Below are positions 24,784 to 36,287 of a stretch of 64,000 nucleotides of DNA, in pieces (position 1 is the first letter of the stretch; the number at the start of each line of letters is the position of its first letter). Source of the DNA: Carcharhinus amblyrhynchos (taxonomy: Eukaryota); the NCBI GenBank assembly GCA_965287045.1, contig OZ336870.1, positions 150,660,001 to 150,724,000 on the forward strand, written 5' to 3'. The notes under the pieces were generated by a model. It was given only the letters and a program-made list of their open reading frames with translations, was not told where the DNA came from and did no database searches. The position numbers and the translations under genes were made by a program.

Positions 24784-25640
24784 CTACCAACTGTCTTAAT
24801 CAGTTGAGTCACTGAAGAAGTTCCAGAATGATTGCTGAAGTTTTGTTGTTGTGCATGTAATGTTTTAAAATTTAAAATAAGCAATTTTTTAATCAATTAG
24901 TAAGACACTCTTTGGAGAAAGCTAATTCTACTATTCACTAGGCCTTGAATACAGAATGAGTAGTTTTGAATCAGTTTTTTTTGTTTTTGTTCCAATTCAA
25001 TTAAATCAGTCCAATTCAGATCTCAACAAGTTGAGACATTCACAATCCAAGCTGACAAGACACGGCTCTCACCTCCTGACTTGGGCTTGATCTACATGAT
25101 CCAAGCTGATTGGAGTAGGTATAGGTCCTCCTCCTAAGCTTGATCTCATTTGCATTGTAGCTAAAAGGCCGAGATGCCTGTTTTAAAAATTGCTTCAAAT
25201 GAAGCTAAAATGTAACCTACTGACTTTAACCAAGCACAGATGTCAATACTACACTTGATCTTGGCCAAAAGGCAATTTTATTAGCATTGGGTAAGTACAA
25301 ACTTTAAAGGGTGAATCTCATTAGAGCTTTTAAAAATATCATCAAAGCTATTTTGAACTGTCACATATCAAAACACTTCATGCAGTTATGTATTGATAAC
25401 CATATGCCCTTAACACTCAATCATAAACACTGCATAATTCAATTATTCATTGATGGTGAGAGCATCAGAGCAACATGACAAGGAAGATAACTAATCAAAC
25501 TTATTTTGGAGCTAAGGTAAGAGACATGGTCAAATATATTGATGAGTCAAAATGGCCTTTTTCATTCAAAGTTCTCTCACTTTTTAAATGAGTCAAGATT
25601 GTTCAAGTTTAAGCATAGGAGACAAAGGGCATGCCACTTC
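24784..25640 (-). pseudogene. Pseudo-exon interrupted by the U2-headed element
   Basis: ...VQNSFDDIFKSSNEIHPLKFVLTQC before the insert and LIQNYSFCIQGLVNSRISFLQRVSY*LIKK...TQLIKTVG|GTAAGC after it. Confidence 0.55.
24975..25273 (-). mobile_element. U2 snRNA-headed, poly(A)-tailed short element (SINEU-like)
   Basis: Head GCCTTTTGGCCAAGATCAAGTGTAGTA matches the U2 5' end with 1 mismatch. A second U2-like segment TCTCGGCCTTTTAGCTA...AGATCAAG lies inside. A-rich tail. Confidence 0.75.
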
Positions 25641-25802
25641 TGCTTATGTAGCAGTGGTGCAGACAAAAGAATAATATACAGAATTATAACTGTGGACACT
25701 GGAAAAAGATCAATTATCCACAGTGGATACAATAAGTAGTAGGGTTAGATGAGTTGATTGTATGTGTTTCAATAGTCAGAGGGGTAGATAATGTAGATAA
25801 GG

Positions 25803-26147
25803 AGCAGTGTGGCACAGTGGTTAGCACTGTTGTCTCCTAGCGCCAGGGACCCGAGTTCAGTTCTGGCCTTGGGTCAATGTCTGTGCGGCGTCTGCATGTT
25901 CTCCACGTGTCAGTGTGGGTTTCCTCTGGAAGCTCCGATTTCTTCCCACATTCCAAAAATGTGCAGGTTAGGTTGATTGGCCAGGTTTAATTGCTCCTTA
26001 GTGTCCCAAGATATATAGGTTAGGGGGATGAGTGGGGTAAATAAGTGGGGTTATAGGCATAGGGCCTGGGTAAGATGCTTTGTCAGAGTTGGTACAGATT
26101 CAATGGGCCAAATGGCCTCCTTTTACATTGGAGGGATTCTGTGATTC
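25803..26147 (+). mobile_element. HE1-like SINE
   Basis: tRNA-like head, V-core and CR1-like tail. Confidence 0.9.
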
Positions 26148-27649
26148 CATTCTATGGTAACGTCTTTTGTAGATGTGATACAAAATTTTGAATTATATTT
26201 TGTTTCAAAGGTGCCAGCATGCAGGGAATCTAAGTACGAACATATATTTACATGGAGAGGATGTGCTGAAGACCCTCTTGTACAGTAACCTTTCTATTAT
26301 TCTCTATGATCACATGATTCTAGTATGGGAGGACAAGCAGCCAGAGGTTGTATGAACCAATTACATGGATAGGAGTTTGTTTGAGACTCTGCAAAAGAGA
26401 TATTAAGGAGATAAATTCCAAGTAAGGAACAGCACCTATGTCGTAGTAATCTCTGGATTATTCCCAGTACCTCCTGCTGGCCCAGACAGAGGGGGAGAGA
26501 GAGAGACCAGCATTGTCGATTCAGGAGTTGCTGAAAGGTTGGTGTGCAAGGTTTTGGATTCCTGGGACACTGTGACCTTTTTCACCAGAGAAGATTGTAC
26601 AGATAGGATATCTTGAAAGGACAAGTAGAGCAGAGCAGGAAAATTAAAATTAATTAAGTGATGGGAATTGGAAGGGAAAATACATGTTGTAAATCAAAAT
26701 GTGTGCAAACTAGACCCATGGTTACTACAATAGAAAGGAGGGACTTTGGTAAAGAGAGTGGACAGTTAAAATAATATGGATCTGGTCAAAGAAGAGTAAA
26801 AGATGCAAAACTCTGGTAGAAGTCATCTACAGACCTCTTGGTAATAGTCATGTAGTGAGGATATGTCTAAGTACATAGATCGGTAAAACATGTAACATGC
26901 CAAATATTGTTATAATGGGAAATTTAAACTTCCCCATGGACTGAGAGAAGCAGAAAAATAGAAAAGGCATTTAATTTCTAATAGGCACTTAGGGCAGTTT
27001 TCTGAAAGAATGGGTAGAATCATTTGGACTTGTTGAATGTGGGCACAAATCCTGTAATGGCTGTTAAATCCCACGAGAGACAAAACACAGGATTTGCACC
27101 AGTGAGATCTCAAAATGAAAACCAGTCATGATGTCCGCTCTAGGGACATGGATGGGTCTATAGCCCCTGGGGGTTGAGGGACGTGCCAGGACATTGCCCA
27201 CTGGCAGCTGACAGGGGGCACTGGTAGGAAGGGTTACCCTTCTCCATTGGACGGGAATTTCCCTTTTCCCTTTCTGTGTGTGTGGGGGAATTCCTCCTAT
27301 CCATGGGAGGGGGGAATGTGGGTTGGGGTGTTTCCCTTTTCCACCAGGGATGATCACAATGTCCATGGAGGGGGGAGAGGGTGTTCTTTAACTAAACTTT
27401 AAGATCGGGGCATCTTTTAAAAATAGTGCCCTGATCTCGGATTCTAGGCACTGCTGACTCCTTTAGGCCCCACCCCTCCAGCTGGCTGCGTGATCCTTGC
27501 CAGCACTCTGAAATTGCACAGAGTGTTGTTAAATCAGGTGAGTAAAGGCAATGTGAAGCCAATGAGCTTCAGACGGCTTTTCTCATCTGATCTAACACTC
27601 CGTGCAATTTTGGAGTGATTCTGCCCAATATGTGTTAACACTGACATGT

Positions 27650-29155
27650 GAACAAGCCATACCATGTTTGTCAACATTCCAGCTGATCTTTCGTCATGGA
27701 AAGTCTCTTACCCATTATTTTCAAGACTGTCTTCACCTTATCTCCATTGGAGATCTTCAGTCTAGGACCTCTAATTTCATGGTTCCATCAACCCTGCACA
27801 GATTGCTTCTATTTCTTTCCCAAGATCCACAAACAGGACTGACTTAATAGACATTGACCTAACTTACACCTTTCTATTTCCGCAGAACTTTTTCCGACTT
27901 TAATGCATTTTTTTCTCTCTGTCCTGTCCTTTTCCAGCTACGTATTCTTCTGATACCCTATTCTGCTTGAACAATTTGCAGTTTGCTAAGCCTAATCATC
28001 CCCGTTTCACCATGAACTTTCAATCCTTCTGCATATCCAATCCCACCAGGTTGATCTGGGGCTCTCTATTTCTTCCTTGAATAGAGGTGTAACCAGTTCC
28101 CATCCACCACCACCACCACTCTCCTCCATTTGGCTGAATGTTGTCCCATTGAACAACTTCTCTTTTGACTCCAGTCATTTCCTTCAAATAAAAAGTATAA
28201 CTATGGATATCTATATGGGTTGTTTCTATGCCTACCTTTTCATAGGACATATGAAAATTGCTTTGTTTCAGTCCTACTCAGGTCACTCCCTCACCTCTTT
28301 TTCTGGCATGCTGATGACTGTCTCAGTGCAATTTCCTGCTCTTGCTCCAGATTAGAAAATTTCATCAGTTTTGATTCCAATTTCCACCCATCCGTCACCC
28401 TTGCATCATTCATCCCTGACTTTTCCTTTCCTGAACCTTTTTATCTTCATCTCTGGGTAAAGGCTAACGACTAATATCCACTATACGCCCAGTTGAAGGA
28501 GGTGCTGTATCACCTGAAATGAATGTTTGGCCCTCGAATAGTGGGGAGGGAGTAAGTAAATGGGCAGGTATTGTACCTTCTACAACTGCATGGGAAGGTG
28601 CCATGGGAAGGGGATGAAGGATTCAGGGCAATGGAGAAATGGAACAGGGGATCACAGAGGGGGTGGTCCCTGTGGAATGCAGACAGGGGGTAAGGGAAAA
28701 TGTATTTAGTAATGGCATCATGCTAGAGTTGGCAGAAATGGTGAAGGGTGATGATCCCTCGAATGCAGATGCTGTGAAAGGTTAGAGGGATCCTATCATG
28801 GATCAGGAATGGAGGGGAATGGGTGAGGACAGAGTGCAGCAGATGGGTCGGATACGGTTTGTTATATCTGATTTTGCTATTCATAAGAACAATATTTTGT
28901 TTCTTGGCATATTACCAATTCCTTTCGCCTTGCACCATCATTTCTTTTGTTTCTTAATCAATTCTATCCTTCATCCTGTCACAGGATAAACTTAAATAAA
29001 ACCTGCTACAGGTCTAATCTTTTACAATTCTGATGAAAGGTGATCAAGCTGAAATGAACACTTTATTTCCCTTTGCTGTACTGCTTGACCTTCAGAAAAA
29101 TTCCTACATTTTCTGCTTATATTTCATGTTTCTAACATTTTGCTTTTTTGTACTA
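27650..29155 (+). mobile_element. Decayed Penelope-like element (RT fragment, probably inverted internal piece ~28490-28855, 3' terminus)
   Basis: NNFSFDSSHFLQIKSITMDIYMGCFYAYLF...FFWHADDC matches the PLE RT pattern FLQ..GVAMG..MGPSYA...RYIDD. Hammerhead-like CTGATGA...GAAA at ~29030-29055. Confidence 0.8.
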
Positions 29156-29330
29156 TATCTAGTAGTGGGTAACAAACCAGAAGTAGGTAACAATCTAAGG
29201 GTGAAAGATACAAAAAATGATCAGCTGATCACTGAGAAAGATAGGTCATGCCTGAATGATTGTACTTTTTCAGAAGGTCACAGGCGTGATGGATAGGGGA
29301 GTTTGTTGTTGATGTAGACTTAGAAAGCAT

Positions 29331-30830
29331 TTGATTTGATTTGATTTATTACTGTCAAATGTATTAGTATACAGTGAAAAGTATTGTTTCTTGCATGCTA
29401 TACAGACAGAGCACACCGTTCATAGAGAAGTAAAGGAGGGAGTACAGAATGTAGTGTTACAGTCATAACTAGGGTGTAAAGAAAGATCAACTTAGTGTGA
29501 GGTAGATTCATTCAAAAATCTGCTGGCAGCAGGGAAGGAGCTATTCTTGAGTCAGTTGGTACATGACCACAGACTTTTACATCTTTTTCCTGACAGAAGA
29601 AGGTGGAAGAGAGTACGTCCAGGGTGCTTGGGTCCTTGATTATGCTGGCGGGAAGTGAAAGCAGTATCAGTGCATGGGAGGCTGATTTGAGTGATGGACT
29701 GGGGTTCGTTCACGATCCTTTGTAGTTTCTTGCAGTCTTGGATAGAGCAGGCACCATACCAAGCTGGGATATAACCAGAAAGAATGCTTTCAATAGTGCA
29801 TCTGTAAATGTTGGTGAGAGTTGCAGTGGATATGTGAAATTTCTTTAGCCTCTTGAGTAAGTGGAGGCTTGGTGGGCTTTCTTAACTATAGCGTCAGCAT
29901 GGATAGGATGTTGGTGATCTGGATACCTAGAAGTTTGAAGCTCTCGACCATTTCCACTTCACTCCTGTTGATGTAGACAGGGTCATGTCTTTCATTACAC
30001 TTCCTGAGATCGATGACTATCTTTCTCATTTTGTTGACATTGAGGGAGAGATTATTGTTGTTGTACCAATTCACCAAATTCTCGATCTCTTTCTGTACTC
30101 CGTCTCATCATTGCTTGAGATTCAACTCACTACTGTGGTGTCATTAGCAAACTTGAAAATCGAGTTGGAGGGGAATTTGGTCACACAATCATATGTATAA
30201 GGAGTATAATACAGGGCTGGTGCACAGCCTTGTGGAGCACCGGTGTTAAGGAAGATTGTGGAGGAGCTATTGTTGCTTATCCTTACTGATTATGGTTTAT
30301 AGGTTAGGAAATCTAGGTTCCATTCACAGAGGGAGGAGTCCCAGGCCACGGAGTGTGGAGATGAGTTTTGTAGGAATAATGGTGTTGAAAGCTGAGCTGT
30401 GCTCAATAAATAGGAGTCTGACATAAGTGTCTTTGTTATCCAGGTGTTGAGTGTAAGGCCAGGGAGGTGGTGTTTGCTATGGTCCAGTTGCAGCGATAAG
30501 CAAACTGTAGCGGATCTAGGCAGTCTGGGAGGCCAGAATTGATTGGTGCCATGACTAACTTTTCGAAACATTTCATAATGTTAGATGTCAAAGCCACCAG
30601 AGGATAGTCATTAAGGCATATTGCCTGGTTTTTCTTTGGTACTGGGATGATGGTCATCTTCTTGAAGCAGATAGGAACTTCAGATTGGTGTAAGGAGAGG
30701 TTGAAGATGTCTGTGAATACCTCCGCCAGCTGGTTTGCTCAGGATCTGAGTGCACATCCAGGTACCCCATCCAGGCCAGTTGCTTCCCGTCGGTTGACTT
30801 TCAAGAAGGCTGCTGTGATATCTGTGATGG
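29331..30830 (-). mobile_element. Rex1/Babar-type LINE RT and 3' UTR, decayed
   Basis: [38 protein letters not shown] and NNLSLNVNK. (TTTGA)n tail on plus at 29331. Confidence 0.9.
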
Positions 30831-30840
30831 TGACTTCAAA

Positions 30841-31112
30841 TAGAACAGAGTTGAGGAGGAACTTCTTCACTCAAAGGGTGGTGAATCTCTGGAATTCTCT
30901 GCCCGTTGAAGTGGTGGAGGCTGCCTCGTTAAATATATTTAAGACACGGGTTGATAGGTTTTTGATAGGCAAGGGAATTAAGGGTAATGGGGAGAGGGCG
31001 GGAATGTGGAACTGAGACACGACAGATCAGCCATGATCTTATTGAATGGCGGGGCAGGCTCGAGGGGCTAGATGGCCTACTCCTGCTCCTATTTCTTATG
31101 TTCTTATGTTCT
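30841..31112 (+). mobile_element. 5'-truncated CR1 family A
   Basis: RTELRRNFFTQRVV... and (TTCTTATG)n tail. Confidence 0.93.
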
Positions 31113-31729
31113 TTGGCCAAGGCTTCTGGAGTGGAGGGCTGATCTTTTGCTCAAAACAGGCATAGAATGCATTGAGGTCACTGGGGATGGGGTGCATTGG
31201 TGCTGACAATTTTACATGCCTTCATTTTGTAGTCTGTTATGTCTTGCAGACCTTGAGAGGGTAAATGTGGGAACACAGAATTGGAGACAACTTTGTGACA
31301 CATATCATGATTGGTTAGGTGATTGAAGACAGTGATAAATTCAAACGGCTGGATGAAAATGGGCCAAGGATTCACAGTGCTCGATTAACCTGCATTCATT
31401 GATGGAAATGCAGTCAGCACACCAACTTCATATTGCCTGCTCATTAGAGCGATCACTGTGTGCAGTAAGCACTATCCACACAGTTCATTGACTATACACA
31501 TCAGCAAGGAGCCAAAAGTCATAGACTGGAACTCTAACACCTTGCCCGCCATGGAATTGGTGCTGGTGAGGGCCCAACAATGGAAATCTCCACTGATATC
31601 AGGCGGGAATTTCCAGTCTCGCCCGACAAGACTGTAAAATCCTGCCCATAATGTCCTTGCACCATTTAAAATGAATACAAAAGTAAAATGCTGCAGAAAA
31701 TGGGAAATCAGAACTTTCCCTTTCTTACC

Positions 31730-33113
31730 CAAACTGCAAGTTTCATCGCCTTCAGAATTAGAGGGCCTCTTTTTGATCCTCCAGCATCAAGACCCCACCT
31801 ATTAACCTTAATTGGATGATGAGCCTGCAAATTGACCAAGTCAAAGAAAAGCAATTGTCTGACATGGTGTTGGGTACTGAATCCCATTTGATGTTTACCC
31901 TGACGTTGGGGCCAAAATCCAAAAACAAAACTTCCTGGCTCCGGTCTCTGTCAAAAGACAATGAAATGTCACTAGCTATCTTTGAAAACAGAGCTTCAGC
32001 TAACATGCCTTCGGCAACAGTGGCAGGAAACTATAAGAGGTTGCAAATTTTGTCAGTCTGGTCAGGTCCTGGAGTATTAGATTTGATTGCCACTGTCAGC
32101 TCTACAGCCACTGACAGGTTGCATAAACTTGGTTTGTATTTCTTGAGTTTAGTAGGTGAGGATTATCTCATTAATGTTTAAAATATTTAAGAGAATTGAT
32201 TGGGCAGAAAAATACTAAGTATTTCCTCTGATGGTGGAATCTGCAACAAAGTGGCACAATCTTATAATTAAACCTATGCCTTTAGGAGTGGACTCTGTAA
32301 ACATGTTTCCCCACAAAGGTTGGTTGTAATCCAAAACTCCCCCCAACTGACTATGATTGTTTGGCTAATTTTTCAAGACTGAGGGACTGTAGACATTTTT
32401 CACATATGGGATGAAACCAAGTGGGTAAATTGAATTATGGAATATACTTAAGTGGCTGAATGGTCTACTCTATTCACATTTTTTTTCTGCCAGCCTTTAT
32501 CCTACCAGCCTGGACCAAATTCATATTCAATTCCAAGGTTAAAGGAATAGTATTTCAATTCATTGTGCAGCTGGTCACCCCATAGACATATGATATAAAT
32601 AAATGGTGCCTCGTGTAAATCTTTAACTTTAATCCATGACTGGTATGTCCTGTTATGAAAACATCTGATTGTTTACTATTTTAGAACATCTTAGTGCATC
32701 AAATCTAAAAAGATTCCATTGTATACACTGAAAATGACAGTTAAACAGTTCCAATTTTGTATGTTTAGTATGGTTGATATTATATTTACACAAGATATAT
32801 AATTTCACTCACTTTTTTCACTTATATTCACTGTTATTTTAATATTTGGTCTGTCTGAAAGAGGAAAGAGAGGGTTAAAAGAACAATTGAAAGACTGAGC
32901 TGTTGACTTTTCCAGGGAAGATGTGACCTATTGGTTTGAACTTTCAATTAAAGCTAATTATGTTAGGGACCACTGAGAATTGTCTCCATTGACTGAACTC
33001 ATTTGACAATTATATAAGGCAGCATAAGTGAACCAACTTATTGGTGGTTAAATGGGACAGAATCTGACAGTGTCCTGATCAAAGTTCTAAAATTTTGCTT
33101 GCCATGGAGTAAT
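31730..33113 (-). pseudogene. Pseudo-exons ~32928-33113 and 31730-32649, the latter split by an old CR1 fragment at ~32115-32480
   Basis: ataacAG|..TYQSWIKVKDLHEAPFIYIICLWGDQLHNELKYYSFNLGIEYEFGPGW*. Continues VAVELTVAIKS...MLAEALFSKIASDISLSFDRDRSQEVLFLDFGPNV. GTAAGA donor. Confidence 0.68.
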
Positions 33114-33157
33114 CTGAAATACAATTTTTCAATATTGTCAAGTTGCCAATGTGGTTT

Positions 33158-33550
33158 CATAGAATCATAGAATCCTACAGTGTAGAAGGAGGCCATCCAA
33201 CCCATTGAGCCTGCACCGACATCAATCCCACCCAGGCCCTATCCCCTTAACCCAAAATACTTACCCTACTAATCCCCCTGACACTGAGAGGAATCTAATG
33301 TGGTCAATCAACCTTACCTGCACAATTTGGTGTGTGGGAAGAAACTGGAGCATCCAGAGGAAACCCACGCAGACACAGGGAGAACGTGTAAACTTCACAC
33401 AGACAATCACCCGAGGAATAGTTATCACATAAAACAGGGCTGGGAAACATTTCTTCTTGGTCCACACAGACAGTGACCCAAACCAGGAATTGAACCTAGG
33501 TCCTTGGCACTGTGAAGCGGCAGTGCTAACCACTGGGCCACCGTGCCATA
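33158..33550 (-). mobile_element. HE1-like SINE (two pieces)
   Basis: Reverse complement of SINE head, core and CTATGATT tail. Confidence 0.85.
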
Positions 33551-33869
33551 CAACAAATAGTGAGCTGTGCAAGAATCAATGCTTGCATCTCATTGTTTAC
33601 AATCTATATTACTGAATTAAATGAAGGCACTAAGTGCAATGTATCCAAGTTTGCTGCCAAAGTTAGATGGCAAAGTAAGCTACCACGAGGACACAGAGGT
33701 TGTAAAGACCAGCTAAGTGACTGGGCAAGAAGGAATAATGAGGAAAAGTATGAAATTATCTACACTGATTAGAACAATGTAAAAGCAAATTATTTTTAAA
33801 ATGAGAGATTAATAAAAACTGGCATTGAGAGGATTTGGAGACCCTTTTAAACAAGTCATAAACATTGTG

Positions 33870-34250
33870 GTGGCACGGTATCACAGTGGTTAGCACTGCC
33901 GCTTCACAGCTCCAGGGACCTGGGTTTGATTCCCAGCTTGGGTCACTGTCTGTGTGGAATTTGCACATTCTTCTCATGTCTGTGTGGGTTTCCACTGAAT
34001 GCTCCGGTTTCCTCCCACAGTCATAAGAACATAAGAAATAGGAGCAGGAGTAGGCCATCTAGCCCCAGAGTTGTGCAGATTAGGTTGACTGGCCATGCTA
34101 AAAAAATACACTTAATGTCCTGAGAGGTGTAGGTTAGAGGGATTAGTGCATAAATATGTAGAGATGTGGGGGTAGGGCCTGGGTGGGATTGTGGTGGATG
34201 CAGACTCGATGTGCCGAATGGCCTATTTTTGTACTGTAGGGTTTCTATGA
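33870..34250 (+). mobile_element. HE1-like SINE inserted in an old CR1 (~33580-34420), itself carrying a ~44-bp antisense CR1 tail (34022-34065)
   Basis: SINE motifs. CATAAGAACATAAGAAATAGGAGCAGGAGTAGGCC is the reverse complement of the family A 3' end. Confidence 0.85.
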
Positions 34251-34974
34251 TTAACACACAGTTACAACAAGCAACTGGGAAGACAAATGGTTTGTTAACC
34301 TTTGTTGCAAGAATGTCAGGGTGTGAGAGTAAGGAAGTCTTCTTGAGATTTGATGAAACCACACCCAGAATACTGTGTGCAGTTTTGGTCCCCTTACCTG
34401 AGGAGGGATGTACTTGCCATTTTAATATTATTATCATATCCTTCCATAGCTTCACCCCTCCCTACCTGTGTAATTTCCTCCAGCCTCATGGCCTTCCAAG
34501 ACTTCTGCACTCAAATAATCCTGGCCTCTTGAGCATCCCTGATTTAAATTGCTCCGTCATTGTCATCCTGCCTTCAGCTGCCTAGGCCCAATTAAAATCT
34601 ACCCTTCAGCTTCCCTGGCCAGAATTCTTTGGCTCACCTGCTGCCAGGATCTTCCAATTCTGCTAAAGTTAATGTATTTTTGATTGGCCTGCTGGATCCC
34701 CCACAGCAGGTCCCACCATGACGGGGCTGGAAAATCTTATCTCTTTGACCAAACTTTGAACTATGTAACCTAATAACACCTTACATGGTTTGATGTCTAA
34801 CTTTGGTTTATAACATTCCTTTGAAACCTCTTGGGATGTTTTATTATGTTATAGGTACATTGTAAATATATAATGTTTCTTGACAGGAGATGCAATAAGG
34901 CTTCATTAGATTGATTCCTGGGATGAGAAGGATGTCCTATGCAGAGAAGGTAAGCAGAATTTGTTCGACTTGAC

Positions 34975-35612
34975 TTAATTTGATTTGATTTGTTATTGTC
35001 ACATATTAGTATGCAGTGAAAAGTATTGTTTTTTGCTATACAGAGAAAGCATACTGTGTATAAAGAAGGAAAGGAGAGGGTGCAAAATGTAGGGTTATAG
35101 TTGTAGGGTGTAGAGACAGATTAACTTAACATAAAATAGGTCTATTCAAAAGTCTGATGACAGCAGGGAAGAAGCTGTTCTTGAGTCATTTGATACGTGA
35201 CCTCAGACTTTTGTATCATTTCCCTGATGGAAGAAGGTTGAAGAGAGTATGCTGGCTGCTTTTCCGAGGCAGTGGAAAGTGTAGACAGAGTCAGTTAATG
35301 GGAGACTGGTTTGTGTGATGGACTGGGCTTCATTCATGACCCTTTGAAGTTTCTTGTGGTCTTGGACAGAGCAAGCACCATACCAAACTATGATATAATG
35401 AGAAAGAATGCTTTCTATGATGCATCTGTGAAAGTTGTTGAGAGTTGTACGGACATGCCAAATTTCCTTCGCCTCCTGAGAAAGTGGAGGTTTTGGTTGG
35501 CTTTCTTCACTATGGCATAGGCATGGAGGCACCAAGACAGGTTGTTGGAGATCTGAACACTGAGGAACTTGAAGATCTGGACCATTTCCACTTCATCTCC
35601 ATGGATACAGAC
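34975..35612 (-). mobile_element. Rex1/Babar-type LINE 3' end
   Basis: TLNNFHRCIIESILS..IIVWYG and (TTTGA)n tail. Confidence 0.85.
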
Positions 35613-36078
35613 AATTGCTCAATATTCTCTGACATCTAGAAGAATAAGAAGTGACGTTGAAATGTTAGACACGGTTGACATGGTGGATGCTGAGAGGCTG
35701 TTTCCCATGTCTGGTGTGTCTAGAATGACAGGGCATATTCTTAGAATGAATGAGTTGGTCATTTTGGATTGAGATAAAGGAAAATTGTTTCTCTACCCTG
35801 GAAGCCTGTGGATTCTCACTTGGTGAATATATTCAAGACTGGAATGGATACATATTTGCACACTAGAGGGATCAAGGTATGTAACATGCTGACTATAATA
35901 TTCAAAAATGAAATACTTGAATTTAATTTTTTGTATTGCTATTATACAGTAAATAAAATTTGGGTACTTCTCCCTAGTGTACTTGTTTAAATCTATCTCA
36001 AAAAAGCAACCCATGATGATGCATCTCCACATCATGACTACCATCGACACCGCAAACTGCCAGCTCCAAGCTCCCACT

Positions 36079-36113
36079 CACCTGACGAAGGGGCAGCGCT
36101 CCGAAAGTTAGTG
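36079..36113 (+). ncRNA. Minimal type I hammerhead ribozyme motif, copy 1
   Basis: CAC | CTGACGA | A | GGGGC-AGC-GCTCC | GAAA | GTTA | GTG. Confidence 0.75.
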
Positions 36114-36252
36114 GCTTTTGCTACCAAATAAACCTGTTGGACTTTAACCTGGTGTTGTGAGACTTCTTACTGTGTTAACCCCAGTCCAACACTGGCATCT
36201 CCACATCGTGATTATCATCGACACTGCAAACTGTCGGCTCCAAACTCCCACT

Positions 36253-36287
36253 CACCTGATGAAGGGGCAGCACTCTGAAAGCTAGTG
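36253..36287 (+). ncRNA. Minimal type I hammerhead ribozyme motif, copy 2
   Basis: CAC | CTGATGA | A | GGGGC-AGC-ACTCT | GAAA | GCTA | GTG. Stem II is weakened by CpG-type transitions. Confidence 0.7.

Noticed and set aside
25247-25273. Functional U2 snRNA gene
   Set aside because: Only the 5' ~35 nt match. The Sm site and 3' stem-loops are absent.
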